Below, one piece after another: positions 1 through 19,030 of a stretch of 42,980 nucleotides of DNA. Both the position numbers and the translations under genes were made by a program. The notes beneath the pieces were generated by a model. It was given only the letters and a program-made list of their open reading frames with translations, made no database searches and was not told the origin of the DNA. The stretch's first letter is position 1, and the number at the start of each line of letters is the position of its first letter. The stretch comes from Moniliella sp. 'wahieum' (Eukaryota), in the NCBI GenBank assembly GCA_003971905.1, contig RSEE01000099.1, positions 186,001 through 228,980 on the forward strand, given 5' to 3'.

Positions 1-792
1 GGGGGGCAGACTGAGATCTGAGATTGGGAAGATAAATTCTTGATCTAGATCCGTGCCCAGGCAGGGCACGCCAGCCCCCGCGGCTGGCCCGGAGTCAGAG
101 GGAGTGCTGGTTCTGCGCCCGGCTTCAAGCTCCAAGCCTTGGCGCCTCGCTATCGGGCTGAGATGGCGGCATGTGCGGAGAGAGGACCTGCCGACCAGAG
201 GCTGTCGGACATTATACCCTGCAAAGGCAATCTCGAGAACCCGTGCAAGCGCCAGTAGGCGATGCATGATGATGATGCAGAGCTGGTAGCCACCGCCGGA
301 TGCCCGCCTCGGGCGAGTCTGCTGGTCAGACACGCCGTCTGCATTGAGGCGTGGAAAAAACATCTCGACTCGTCCCGTGTCTGCTTGCCTCGCGCCCCCG
401 AGCTGCCGCCGCCCAGCGCAGCAAGCCTCTGCCCACGCACCCGGCTGCGAGCCCTCCATTCGCCCACCCCACCCGGTCCTTTCCATGATGCATGAGGTAT
501 GAATCAGAGTATGAACAGGAAGATGATGTGCACGGTGCATGACGCTGACGACGGATGAAAAGCCAGTGACTAGTGACTAGTGACGCTTGAAGAGGGCGAG
601 CGAGGAAGCTTGAAGTGCATGACGTGCGATGCCCCCCCGGCACGCGACCGTCTGCCCGGTTATTGGTCTGCACGTGTTTGGGGGATTATAGCATCCTCTT
701 CCCTGCCAGCTCCCCTGTTACACTGGCAGCCAACCCGCGGCATCAGTACTAGTAGTAACCCCGTATATGTAACTCCTGTACCTCTCTCTCCA

Positions 793-800
793 TATATATA
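793..800 (+). promoter_or_regulatory. TATA-like box upstream of the 2OG-Fe(II) oxygenase
   Basis: TATATATA about 75 bp upstream of ATG 874, followed by a CT-rich tract as in many fungal core promoters. Confidence 0.5.
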
Positions 801-873
801 CCGCCACTTGCTCAGCACTCTCCCATCCCTCCTCTACCTTTCTTCCCCACCTTTCCTCTTCCTCCCTGACACG

Positions 874-2193
874 ATGGCTGTTACTACCAAGCCTGAAATC
901 CCCGCCTGGGTGCCCGCGCCCCCGTCCAAGAAGAGTACGTTTTGGTCGTTGCCACCCTGTCTCTTCCCGTTTTTCCTTGCAGCATTCTTTTCCCTCGCTG
1001 ATGACAGAATACTGACTCTCGTTTTTGCTCTTTGCAGCTGACTTTGACTGGGCTCCCCTTGCTACTTTGGACCTGTCGAAGGTGACGGGGAGGACTACAC
1101 TCAAGTTCCTGACGATGTCGTCGAAGCAGTGGGCAAGGCGTTCCACGAGGATGGCTTTGTCTATGCTTTGAACCACGGTCTGGATTGGGACTATGTCAAG
1201 CGGCAGTTTGCCATTGGCCAATACGCCTTTGACGGTGTGCCTACCGAAGAAAAGAAGAAGCTCCAGGCGGACATTTTGCGCACGGGTAGCTTTACCGGGT
1301 ACAAGGCGCAAGGACATTGGAAGTTGGACCATGTCCCGGACCGCATTGAGCAGTTCAATGTGGTCAGCACCCGTTGGCAAAAGGACAAGATTGCCAGCTC
1401 CTTCCCGCCCCAGTTGGTCCATTTCTCGATGAGATTCACGAGTTTACGCTGCACAACCAGCGGATTTACCGACAGATTCTGAGTGTGCTCTCGCGCGTGC
1501 TCAAGCTGCCGGCGGACTACCTGTGGCGCCTAAGCCAGAACCCAGAGGAAAAGGGTGTGGACTTGTTGCGCTATGCGGCGTACTATGCCCCTTCCAAGGC
1601 GGATGACGGATCCCACGGCGTGCGGTTGCAAGGCCACACGGACTTCAATGCGGTCACCCTGCTCTGGTCGCAACCCATCACCTCGCTCGAAGTTCTCATG
1701 CCCGACAACAAGTGGCGCTTTGTGCGGCACATTGACAATGCCTTGGTGCTCAACCTGGGCGATGTGATGCACTTCCTCAGCGGTGGCTATTTGAAGCAGA
1801 CGATTCACCGTGTCGTTGCGCCGCCTGAGGACCAGGCTGATACGTGCGTCTGGGCACGTTTTACTTTGCTTTCCCCAATGCGGATGTGCCTCTGCTGCCG
1901 CTCACCGAGTCGCCGGTCGTGCGCGAGCATTACGGCAAGCGCCCCGTCGGCTTTTGGGAAAAGGAGATTGCGCGTGGCGGCCACGTCCCGACCGCTGGCG
2001 AATGGGAGAGCCTGCGTGTCAAGGCGTATGGGCAGGAGCAAACCAAGAAGCGCGCCGACGGGCACGAGACGGAGATTATCAATGGGTTTGAGATTGTGCA
2101 GTACAACGATCCGCTGCCCGCTACCCCTGCCCCCGCGCTTGCGCGAACAGTTGCTCAAGAGCAACCCGTCTCCAGTCCCTTACCCTGGCTTAG
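874..2193 (+). CDS. 2-oxoglutarate/Fe(II)-dependent dioxygenase (isopenicillin N synthase-like family); 1 intron; frameshifted; 3' end approximate
   Basis: ATG 874; intron 935-1037 (GTACGT..CTGAC..TTTGCAG). The spliced frame reads TDFDWAPLATLDLSK. Further pieces: GFVYALNHG (DIOX_N-like), GHTDFNAVTLL (HxD), NALVLNLGD, TIHRVV (distal His), RLGTFYF. These lie in ORFs 1129-1482, 1374-2315 and 1844-2401. Confidence 0.9.
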
Positions 2194-2819
2194 TTTTCTT
2201 GTTCAACGCCCTGCTGGGCATCTTCCCGTTTCTTCCTCTCTCCCCATTCAACCTGGGAGATGTTGGGAGCATTCTACCTCTAACCCTTTACGACTCACGA
2301 TGGATTCTCCCTTGACTGTACACTTTGCATTCCAACATGCTTTCTACCATATGCATCAATTGTATCCCCTTGATCAGCTTGATCTTTCGTTGATGACTTA
2401 GTTCTCTGTAGACGGTTTGGTGTATAATGAATGGGAGTGTGACTCCCAGCTGTCGGAAGAGACCACGGACAACGAAGAGCCTTTAAGTGATGGCGTTCAC
2501 GGTGAATCTCGTTGTGCTCTCTGTGGGGACGATCCTCTCTTCCAAATGGACGCTTTACCGCATTGCCCTTCTCACAGTCAACGCGCCTTGCTTGCGATAC
2601 ATTTCGAATGCTGGAGATGGTCTAGCCGCCGGTAAGAAAGTTAACACTACGTCTGCTGTAGCCACCTACTTTTTGGTTTACAAGTCGATGGATCACGAAG
2701 AAGAAAGGCCTGGATTGGTCGGAGCACAGGTGCTGTCCATGTCAAGGAGAGAAAGAAGCAGTGCATGCTGGGCAGAAGGGCAGCGCGGCGCGTGTAGATG
2801 AGCCCAGTGAACAGCATCC

Positions 2820-9005
<6,186 letters not shown>

Positions 9006-9117
9006 AACCAACCCCCCCGCACACACTGCATCCAATCGAAATGACATGCAATTGCCCAGTAGGAAAAAGACTGCCATTGCACATAGTACTAGCATCGGTA
9101 TGGCACGGCAGCCACTC

Positions 9118-10879
9118 TTAAGGCCGGCAGCTCCACCTTCTCGTCCCCAGCTGTAATCGAGACGGCAGCGTCCGTGTGGACGATGATCGTCACGTCACAG
9201 TACCATCGACCGGGGTGGGCGCCAGCGAAGCCAGCGTCTTGGTCGGGCGGTAGAAAGAAGTAGTGATCTTTTCGGGTTCCTCGGGTTCCTCCTCCTCCTC
9301 CTCCGAGTCCGGCTCGTCCACCTCTTGCTGCACGATGCGGGTGTGGTAGTCAAACGTAGCCTCGGCCAGCTCCAGCAGGCTCTTGCCCTTGGGCGCGCCA
9401 GACGCACCACACGCCGAGCAGGCAACGGCGTGGCCTCCTTGACCACCGGCACAAACACCTTGCCATCAAAGATGGAAGCCTTGATCGTCTCGTCCGCCGC
9501 CTCAAGCCAAGAAGCCGGGGCGGGGATCAGGACACCAATCGCCTGCGTCGTCGCGTTGGCTTGCAGCTCGGGGATCTCCACGTGGTTCTTGCTCGGGAGC
9601 GCCGTGACGTGCTGGTGCTCCTTGGGCGTCGAGCCCCCGCTCTGGAGCGCACCCAGCTTGGCAATGTACTGTGCCTCGAGCGTCGCACCACGCGCAATCA
9701 CCTGGTCCGAGTCGATAGAGGACGTGATCTTGGTGTGAGAGTCCTCGGGGAACAACGTCATCAGTTCGTCCTGCAGACCCAACAGCTTGGCCGTGCCACC
9801 GGCCAGGACAATCTCGTCAATGTTGGAAGGCTGGAGCTTGGCCTGCTCCAGGCCCGCTCCACTGGCGCACCGTGTTGGCGTACACGGGGGCGGCAAGCAT
9901 GTTGAGTCGCATGCGGTTGATGGTCGCGGTAAAGTCCAGGCCGTCAGCCAGGGACTCGACCGAGCATGCCGAGTTGGACGCGGACAACGACCGCTTGGTC
10001 ACCTCCACCTCGTTCCGCACTTGGCCCACGCACGCTTGTTGTCCTCGGCAATGGTCACCTTGGTCTTCTTGGTGAACTCCTTGGCAAAGTACTTCATCAA
10101 CGCATCGTCAATCGCCACGCCGGCCGCCGACACATCGTGCACATACGCCCGCTCGGCATACAGACCCGCACGCGCCGCCACAACCGTCACATCCGTCGTC
10201 GTACCGCCCACATCGAGCACCACCACGTTGCGGTCCAGCACGCTCGTCGGCTCGTACTCGACCGTGCTGCTCGCCGTCCGGGTGCGAAGGCAGCGCCACG
10301 CGGACCAGGGGTGGTAAGGTGGTACGCGGCCAGCGCGGCGGCCGGGGCGGGGATGAGCTGGAGGACAGTGAGGCCGGCGGCGTCGTCGCAGCGTCCTTGA
10401 GCGCAGCAATTTGAGGCGCACTGAAAAAGGGAGGGTAGGAAAGCACCACACCGGCCACCTTGGCGCCCGAAAGGAAGTCGAGCGCACTGCCGTACAGCGC
10501 ACCAAAAACCGTTCCGCCACCTGGGCCACCGTCAGCTGGGTGGGCTTGCCGTTGATCGTCACGTCAAACCCGGGCTGGCCACCGACATTGACCACGGGCG
10601 ACGACACGCGCTTCTTGTCCGCAGCAGAGAGCTTGTCGAAGGGCAGCCGAGAAGGGAGACAAAGGCATCGATGGTGTTGGCGGCGTTGCGCACGAGCTGG
10701 GCGGTGGCCTGGTTGCCAATGTACACCTGCTCGCCAGCAAAGGAGATGCGGGTGGCAATCTGACGCTCGCCATCCTCGTTGGCAATCACGTCAGCACGCC
10801 CATGCGCATTGATGGAGGCAATGCTGCCGTAGGTGTTGCCAAGGTTGATGCCAATCACAGCGCCGGCCTGCTCGGTCAT
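9118..10879 (-). CDS. SSZ1: Atypical Hsp70 of the ribosome-associated complex; frameshifted
   Basis: [75 protein letters not shown]. The short C-terminus lacks the lid and EEVD, which is typical of Ssz1. Confidence 0.88.
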
Positions 10880-12408
10880 GACGAAGAAGAGATGGTGGTG
10901 GTGGGACGGGGGGGGACGGGGCGCAAGCCGGCGGAAGCGGCCGAGAGCGAAGAAAAAAAAAGCAGAAAAGTTACGCAGGGCGCAGGTGGTTTAGGGTTAC
11001 GCCTTGGGGCTGTGGTTTGAAACGGATGGCCTAAGGGCGGATGTGAAATGTGAAACGAACACGTGGCCAGAGCACGCATTATGTAACGCAAGCTGCCCAA
11101 AGGAGTGTGGTTGATGAGTGGGTGCGTTAGAACAACCAGAGGGAGCCCAAGGTTGCGCATGTCCAAGAGACGGCAACACCGGTGGAACACTTTCACCAGC
11201 GGCAGATGGAGATTCATCGCTGTGGGAACAAGCGGAAAGCAACGAGGGGGCAACACCAGAACCGTACTCAAGCGTCTTTCTTCCCCTTGAGGGCCATGAC
11301 GACCCGCCGGTTGGGATACTACGCCCCCGCTACAGGCGGCCGCGAGATGTTTTGAGCACAGGAGTATACCACTTACTATCCCCTCGAGGACGAGATGTTT
11401 TTGGATACAGGAAACGGGTTTTTGCTGATGAGGGTCGTCTTGCGTCTCGATGACATGGTTCATTGAACTTTTACAGCTCACACAGCTCGCATGTGAGCTG
11501 CGAGCTCACATGTACCACTCACGCTACTTGTCCGGGTTGGAAGCGAATGGCGGGTGCCAAAGGGTCCTGACGGCCTGACCTACAGGCGCTCTGCTGGCCT
11601 TTTGCTTACTGGCAGTGCGCCAGCGCTTCTTTGTCGCTGCCTTATGATTTTGTAAGCACAGGCTATGAATTCAGAAGTCAGACGCGAGTAATCCACTGAG
11701 ATCTGAGAGGGGGGTGGCTGAGCGCTGATCGGAGGATGGCCGATGGAGGCGATGGAGACGAGGGAGGCGATGGTCGATGGCTAGGAAGAAGGGGGTGGAT
11801 GGATTGGTGACGTGACGGGTGGCATGTGACATGTGACATGTGACACTGGGCGCAGCATGGCCCCGCAGGTTAGCGTGTGGGAGCCCGCCGGCGCAAGCAC
11901 GGCGCCAGCCTGCGCCAGCACGCTGCAAAGCAACGGCAGCGGCCACCGCCACGCACTGCCCCCATGCGGCCAGGGTTGGCAGACACTGCCCTGCTGCCGC
12001 GAGCCCATCGACGGCTCGCCCCGATCGATTGGAGCGCGAGACTGGCGTGGTGCCGGCTGATGCATGATGCATGTGCGGCGAGACGAGGCCCACGGAGGCA
12101 GCAGGCCGCAGGCCGCAGACAGCAGGCAGCACGCGGCAGGCGGCACACGCAGCAGGCGGCCGGCAGCGTGTGCTGGCCGCGCCACCAGGCACGGGGGCAC
12201 TGCTGGGCGCTGCTGGGGGGCCACATGCACATGCCAGTCGCTCGCCCGGCGCCTCTTTGCGAGCAGCTCGCTTTCGCCCGCCTGAGCCTCCCGCAGGCGT
12301 CCCCAGCGCCTCCTGCCGCACCACCACCGCCCTTCCCGTGCCCCGCCCTCTTCTGGCCCGCTCCCCCCCATGTGGTCGCGTCGCCGGGCCAGACGCAGGC
12401 GCAGGCGC

Positions 12409-14053
12409 ATGGCGGCCCTCCTCTGCCTCACCCTCGCCCTGGCGCTGGCTCTGAGGGGCAGCCATGCGCTGCCGTTTCCGTCTCCGTCTCTGTCTGGGCC
12501 TCTGTCGCCCCCGAGTCCACAGCCGCCTCCAGGCGCCCCGCCTCGTCCCGCACCGCCCCCACCCGCACGCGCACTCTTAGCGCCCCGCACGCCCCAACAC
12601 ACCCGCGCCCCCTCGCCGGCAGCGCCCCAGCGCCGTCGATGGCGCGCTGCAGCCACATGCCCCACACCCGAACGCCCGCCACGCCCCTGAAGCGCGCTCA
12701 GACACCACCTTTGTTACCGAACCACCCACTGGGTCACCAGCACCCAGCACTTCCACCCCACCCACATGACCCATATTCCCTCGGGCTGGGTCCCGCGCAA
12801 GCGCACTGCTTGGTTTCAGCGCAAGGCCATCTTCATCAGTTCTTCTTTCCTCGCCATCTTCATTACCCTCGTCATTGGCGCCTCGTCACCCTCTTTGACC
12901 GCGACCAGACCTGGGACGTTGGCAAGGGAGAGACGGTGAGGATGCTGCCGAGCGCGTGTTGCGGTCCCGCCTCCAACGCGAACAGGACAAAGTGCAGCAC
13001 GAGCGTGAGAACCGTTCTCTTCGGCGGAACGCTGGCTTCGTCTCCGCTCCCACACGCCTTTGGCCTCCCGTCCGCTTCAGTTGGCACGGCGCGCAAGGCC
13101 TAAGAGGCGCGTCGTGCCGGACCCCGCGGTCGTCCCCCCCAGGCTTCGTCCTCTTATTCTGGTTCGACGCGCAGTAATGGATCCAGCTCCAGTTACGACT
13201 CGGACTCTGACTGCAGCACATGTCCATCCAGCTCCGATTCCGAGCGTTCCCCCGCGGCGCAAGATGTGCCTCCTCCGTTGCAGCCGCTGGAGCACCTCTC
13301 ACACCCGAAGAGCGAATATTGGCGCAACGCTACATCGTCCAGCGAATCGCCTCGCTTGAAACGCAACTAGCCGAGTGGCAAGAGCTGCAGCAAGAAGCCT
13401 TCCGGCCCGAGGAATCGGAGCCTACGGCAGCGAGCTCCCCCACTGCCTCAGACTCACGTGGAGGAGACTCGCCATCGAGCCGAATGCACGCCTTGTGCGC
13501 CAGGGTCCGCCCGCCCCCGTCTACAGAGGGGCAGGATCTTTCCCCCCGGCCTACCTCCCTTCTATTTCCGTGTCCACCTCGGCATCTGCTGCCGCGAGTG
13601 GATCTGAACCAAGCCGGGCTGTACCTACACCATCACCGAGTTTGCGCGCTCCCGTGGGCCAAGTGATGCAGGCCCATGTTGCAACAGACGACAAGCAGGT
13701 GCTTGCGGCCTTACGCGCCGCCAGCTCCTTGCCCTCTTGCGGGGGAGAGTGACGCTGTAGTCCCCACTGCGCCGTGCTTGACTGATAACGTGGACCTCAC
13801 TCTGCTTACCCCGCCTACAGCGTCCACCGTAGCTCCAACAGACAAGAAGGGCAAGGCGAGTGAAATGTTGCCCCACCCCCCGTCTCGACTGGAGCTGTCC
13901 TTTGACCCTTTCCCACTACTGCCACCCGCCCTTCCCGCTCCCCACCCAGTGCGAGGAGGAAAAAACCCATTGGCACTCATGCTCAGCGGGCCCAGTCGGC
14001 CTGTCCTGTCCACCGGCAGTTGCCCACCCTACTGCTCCACCGCTTCCCTTTGA
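12409..14053 (+). CDS. Putative uncharacterised secretory-pathway single-pass membrane protein; frameshifted; ends uncertain
   Basis: Signal-peptide-like MAALLCLTLALALALRGSHA, then a P/S/T-rich stretch. A hydrophobic segment at ~12825-12895 (KAIFISS..LAIFITLVIG) is followed by charged coiled-coil-like pieces (RSRLQREQDKVQHERE; RYIVQRIASLETQLAEWQELQQE). No family recognised. Confidence 0.5.
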
Positions 14054-14218
14054 CGATGGGCCCTTCGCTCATGGTGAGGACCCCTCTTTCGTCCACTCGG
14101 AGGTGGAGAGTTAGCTCCCAGTCCGGGCTCCAGGACCTTCCTTATCTATTCTCCTTGAAGCTTCAAGTTGCCTGAGTCGGACCCAGTTGTCCGAACGCAG
14201 ATCTGCCCCCCCCCGCCT

Positions 14219-14270
14219 CATCCATGTACTTCATCCATGTACCACATCCATGTACCGCATCCATGTACTT
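14219..14270. repeat. 13-bp minisatellite CATCCATGTAC(NN) x4
   Basis: Units start at 14219, 14232, 14245 and 14258. Confidence 0.9.
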
Positions 14271-15420
14271 GTACCGCAACCTGCCCCCCCCATCTCTATT
14301 GTGTATCCATCTCGCCTAGTAGGCCACCGGGACTTACCAGGAGGAATGTATGGGCGTGATGGCCAGGCAATCATCACACGATTGAACAGCGGGGGGGTCA
14401 ATAGATAGATCCATCGTTTGAAAACAGCTACCATATATACGCCCTGCGAATTCCCATGTGATCTGTACATGGGGCGCTCAGGGGTGACCGGTGAGGGGTT
14501 CGCGTTCTATACAGCTCTCGCACCCAACCTCCTCTTCTCAGGCTGCCACCCCACCTCGCCCGCTCGGGGCTCGCAACCCGCCTTTTGATAAGCCCACATA
14601 CCAGATGCGCACCTCACCCCTCACAGTCTTCACTCCTCACCTGCGCCAACGCCACCCTCTTCCCTTCGTTGTGTTCCAAGTGCACGAGCATCAGCCGCAT
14701 ACTATACCCCGCCTCGCCCACGCACGTGCCATGGGCTTGGAAGTGTGAAAGTGCATGAAGACTCGGCCAACTGCGTACTCGTTAGTACTTAGTTACTCAT
14801 CAATCCTCCAGCCTCGTTTCCTCGTTCTAGCGTGCGATGCACGAAGCTATATGGCGGTGACCCTATCCAGGCTGCCTGGCGCGTGCGCATCCCTCTGTCA
14901 GGACTCCGACAGTACGCACTTTTAAAGCCTCACAAGCCAACAACCACAAGAGTCAGGGAGGGGGACAGAAGGGAACGTGCGCGTATTTTACGTCCATGAT
15001 ATAGTTGCGACGCGCCCACACCAAAAACCACTCCGTTTTCTCCCTTCTGACGTCTCATCGGGCAGTATAGGCTACTGGCTACTACCATACTACTACTAGT
15101 AGCACGTACGGCTGCTGCCATCTCCGATAGCAGAGATTGGCCACGCCCTTCGCGTTCGCGGTGGTCAGCGCCACGAACCAGCCACCCCAGCACGGGGATT
15201 GAGACATTACCAGAGATCGGGAAACGGCTCGGAAGGTCAGGGAGGGGTTCGGTTGGTGCAGCAGTGTACATCGTTTTCGTCGTCTTCTCTGAGGAGATCT
15301 GAAGTATATAGTCTCAGTGACGATGGGACAAGTATAGAATGGCTGTTCCAGGACAAGACGCGTATCAACCCCCCCCCCCCACACACACACGACCTGCGTG
15401 AACAAGTTCATTCCTTGAGC

Positions 15421-17182
15421 ATGCCGCCCTCTGCCTCGTCTCTGCGACGACTCGCGCCTCCACCGACCGTTTGGCCCAGACCGGAGGATCCAATAGCCCC
15501 TACCCCCCCAAGGAACGGAGTCAGCGAGGTCGATCCCAGCCAAGCATCCAAAGTCAAGTCTTTACTTGGCATCCTAAAAAGTAGTGGCGTCAAAGACCTA
15601 TCGGCCATGTAAGTGCGTCGATCTTTCAGCGGCCATCGCTACCCTTCTATACACTCTGCTTACTCTATGCCCCACCCTCTTTCTCCTCCAAAGCCGATTC
15701 TCCTCCCTTCTCACCTGATCGAGCCCGTGGTATGTGTTGATCCTCTGCTATCAGACACTCGTCATGATGGTGGCGGGACGAAGAACTGACGCCGGCCCGC
15801 CAGCCCAACCTCGAGTACTGGACGTACCTGGACGCGCCGACTTGTTCGCAGCCATTCCGGACTTGGACCATCCTCTGGACCGGATGCTGGCCGTGGTGCG
15901 GTTCACGCTGAGCAAAGACCTCAAGGTCATCCGCCACGGCGTGTGCAAACCCTACAACTCGGTCTTGGGCGAACACTTTCGATGCCACTGGGACGTGCGC
16001 ACTCCAGTGGTGCATCCTACGGACCAGGCGGTGGTACCCGTAGAACAGTTGCTCACCGACAACCCACTTCCCTGCCGCTGCACTGCCCTCCAAGCAGAGG
16101 AGACAAGACTTCCTGCAGGTCCCCTCGCGCCTCGCGGATGACACCAACACTCCGACCCTCCCGCGCCCGGATCGGCCGACAACGCTCCCCCTCTCCTGTC
16201 GCATTGCGTTTTTGACCGAACAAGTGTCCCATCACCCGCCCATCAGTACCTTCCACCTGCTCTGTCCCGGCGGGCATCGAGGCGTGTGGGGTGGACCAGC
16301 TCTCGGCGCGGTTCACGGGCACGTCGGTGCGTGTGTATGCTGGTGCGCAGAACGGGGCGTGTTTGTGCGTTGACCTCGCGTGCGCGCGGCGTCGGCGCAG
16401 CGGGCGAACACTACCGCATCACGCACCCGACCGGTCAATGGTCTGTTGCGCGCGCGCTGTGGGGGTCCATGGCGGACGCGACGGTGATGACTCGTACGGC
16501 GGTACGCGCGCCACGGACGCCCCGACGGATCGGGACGGCGCTTGCGCACCTTGATCGAGTACCCAGGAAGCGTGGGGGGACAGGCCAAGTATGCGCTGCA
16601 AGGCGGTGTACGAATACGACTGGACCCATCCGGGTCCCGACAAGGATGACGCCTTGGTGGATGGCGAATTGGCAGGCGAGACGTACTGGACCAAAGTCAA
16701 GCACGTTCCCTCGGATCGCGTCGTGGCTACGTTCCAGGGTCAATGGAATGGGAAGGTCACCTTTACCTTGAAGGGTCAACAGGTTAGTACACAGTTTTTT
16801 GTTTTTCGTTTCTTTCCGTTTGCTCTTATTGGGGGGGGTCTCCTCTCCTCCCCCGCGACCCAAGTCGTAGTAGCTGACATGTACGGTCCGTCGAAACAGA
16901 ATCACACCTGCTAATCAACCTGCCGACTTGGCTGTCACCCCCAAGACTGTCCGGCCCATCGACGAGCAGGAGCCCATGGAATCCCGCCGCCTTGGGCGGC
17001 CGTCACGGACGCGATTCACAACAAACAGTACGCCCAGGCGACCGAGGCCAAAGCAGCGATTGAGCAACAGCAGCGCCACCGCGCTGCCCAACGCCTGCGT
17101 GCCAACCAACCGTTCACACCCCAATTCTTCCTTTGACTTCACCTCTGGTCGGCCGGTGCTGACCCAGCCGGGGGAGGTGTGA
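15421..17182 (+). CDS. Oxysterol-binding protein (Osh/ORP, short form); 3 introns; frameshifted; ends approximate
   Basis: GVKDLSA | SLPSHLIEP | NLEYW, DRMLAVVRF, KPYNSVLGEHF, the OSBP signature EQVSHHPP at ~16218-16241, and EQEPMESRRL..AIEQQQR. Introns 15609-15693, 15730-15803 and 16783-16899. Confidence 0.92.
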
Positions 17183-17550
17183 GGCCATGTGCGTTCGATC
17201 GGCGTGTAAGCTGGACTAGGGGCTCGTACCCGCCTTCGCATCCTCCGTATACCACCGGCAACTGACGCGTACCGATCTGCCCCCCCCCCCCGGGTCCTAT
17301 TCCTATGGATGATCCTGGACAGCCTTCGGTCCTGCAAGTAAATCACACTCCATCCGCAGGACGGCTGCCTTCCTTGCTGGTCATTGGGCGTCTCCGTGCG
17401 AGCAAAGCTGGTGTTCCATGTCAATACACCCACTAGATACCAACCTCCTGCCCTAACCCTCCCTTTGCACTACAGGGCGTATACGAGCTACATGAATCCC
17501 ACGTTTCGTAAACCGAAGGCAAGTCGATTCGTAAACATAAACCAAGGCAC

Positions 17551-18706
17551 TCAGCCGAACATGTTGTTGCCCGCCACCGCCTGCACCGCCCATACCACCG
17601 AGACCGCCCACCACCCATCATGGACTGTGCCAGCTGCATCATCTGAGGGTCACGCATCAACTCTTGGATTTGAGAGCAGAAGGAGCCAAAAAAAGATAAG
17701 GTCGGTCAGCACTTTCATAAACCTACACAGTCAAAGCGCAAGGAGAAAAGAGAGAGAAAACGTACTCGGGTGCACCACCGTTCTGGCCCATACGCTCGGC
17801 CATAGAGCGAACGGCAGGGTTGGACATGAGTTGCTGCAACGAGCCATTCTTGCATCATGTTGGCTGCCATCTGCTGCATTTGGGGGTTGTTCATCATCTG
17901 ACAGACCGGGCATGCCTCCGCCAGTCCCCCAGACCGCCCAGACCAGCAAAAGGGTTGCCCCGGCGCCGGCGCCGGCGCCAGCAGGAGAAGCACCAAGCCG
18001 CAACGGTTGGCCGGTGCCACGTCGGACGTATCGGCGGTCTGCTTCTTAGCCGACTCGAGACCGCCTGCATCACCTTGCTCGTCGGGTCGAGTTCAATGCC
18101 CTTCTCGTAGGCTGTCACCGCTTCCGAGTACTTGCCCAGGCTGAACAGCGCATGGCCCATGCGCGAGTACGCCTTGCTGAAGCTCGGGTCGAGCTCGAGG
18201 GCCTTGTTGGCATCCTCGACGGCACTGTCGTGCGCGCCCGCTTGGCTGTACGCCGCCGCACGGTTGGAGAAGTACACGGGCGAAGTGGCATCGAGCTTGA
18301 TGGCCTTGGTGTACGCGGCAATCGCCGCGCCATAGTCCTTGGCCGACATGGCCTTGTGCCCTCGGCCTTGAGCTTGTCGGCCGCGGCCTTGTCCTCGGCC
18401 GAGGGGGCGGTGCCCTCGGCAGAAGCAGCAGCGGCGGGAGCAGGGGCAGAGGCAGACCGGACGTGGAGCCGCAGGCGCCGGAGCAGGCGCAGACGACGAC
18501 GCGGCGGCAGCTGGGGGCCTTGTTCTGGGTCTTGAGGAACACGTTCCACACCGCCCGAGGCCCGGGGCGGGCGGGGCGGCGAGCTCAGCGTCGGTGAGAG
18601 CGGCGCGCGAGGCAATCAGGTCGGCAGCCTGGGCGTACTGTGTGTCGGCGCCGGTGCTCTGGGCACGCAGGTACGCAACAATGGCGGTGGGGAGCGAGGT
18701 GGACAT
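17551..18706 (-). CDS. SGT2: Small glutamine-rich TPR co-chaperone (GET pathway); frameshifted; intron near the 3' end
   Basis: N-terminal dimerisation-like segment AIVAYL. TPR motifs: ADKLKAEG..AMSAKDYGAAIAAYTKAIKLD, VYFSNRAAAYSQ, ALELDPSFSKAYSRMGHALFSLG. STI1-like M/Q-rich C-terminus MMNNPQMQQMA, MRDPQMMQLA, ending GGNNMFG-stop. Intron donor GTACGT at 17765. Confidence 0.9.
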
Positions 18707-19030
18707 GGAGGTGGGGGCAGCAAGGCAGGCCACGTGCGGGGGTTAAGTTAGTTACCTCCTGGGCGCGCGGAAGGCAGCCGAAGGCAGCCCCGCCACCGAA
18801 CGCAAACCCGCCTGCTTCCAGCCGCTTCGGCCTCCACGTGGCCGCCCGCGTGTGCATCTGAAATGTTCACGGCGCTGCGCTGCTGCACGTGCCGTCGGGC
18901 TACCTGTCTAATCCCTTCGCAGCCTATCGGACGATCTGATCCCCACTGGGCGACCTATCTATGGCGGGCGCCTGGGGTCGTGGATGAGGGCAAATGGCAT
19001 GCATGTTCCTCGCCGCGTGTCGCAGCGCCG

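Noticed and set aside
2417..2801. Small hydrophobic ORF (MMAFTVNLVVLSVGTILSS..)
   Set aside because: Short, no recognisable family, and located in the convergent terminator region.
10980..11480. Possible gene fragment upstream of SSZ1
   Set aside because: No recognisable motif in any frame and no splice evidence.
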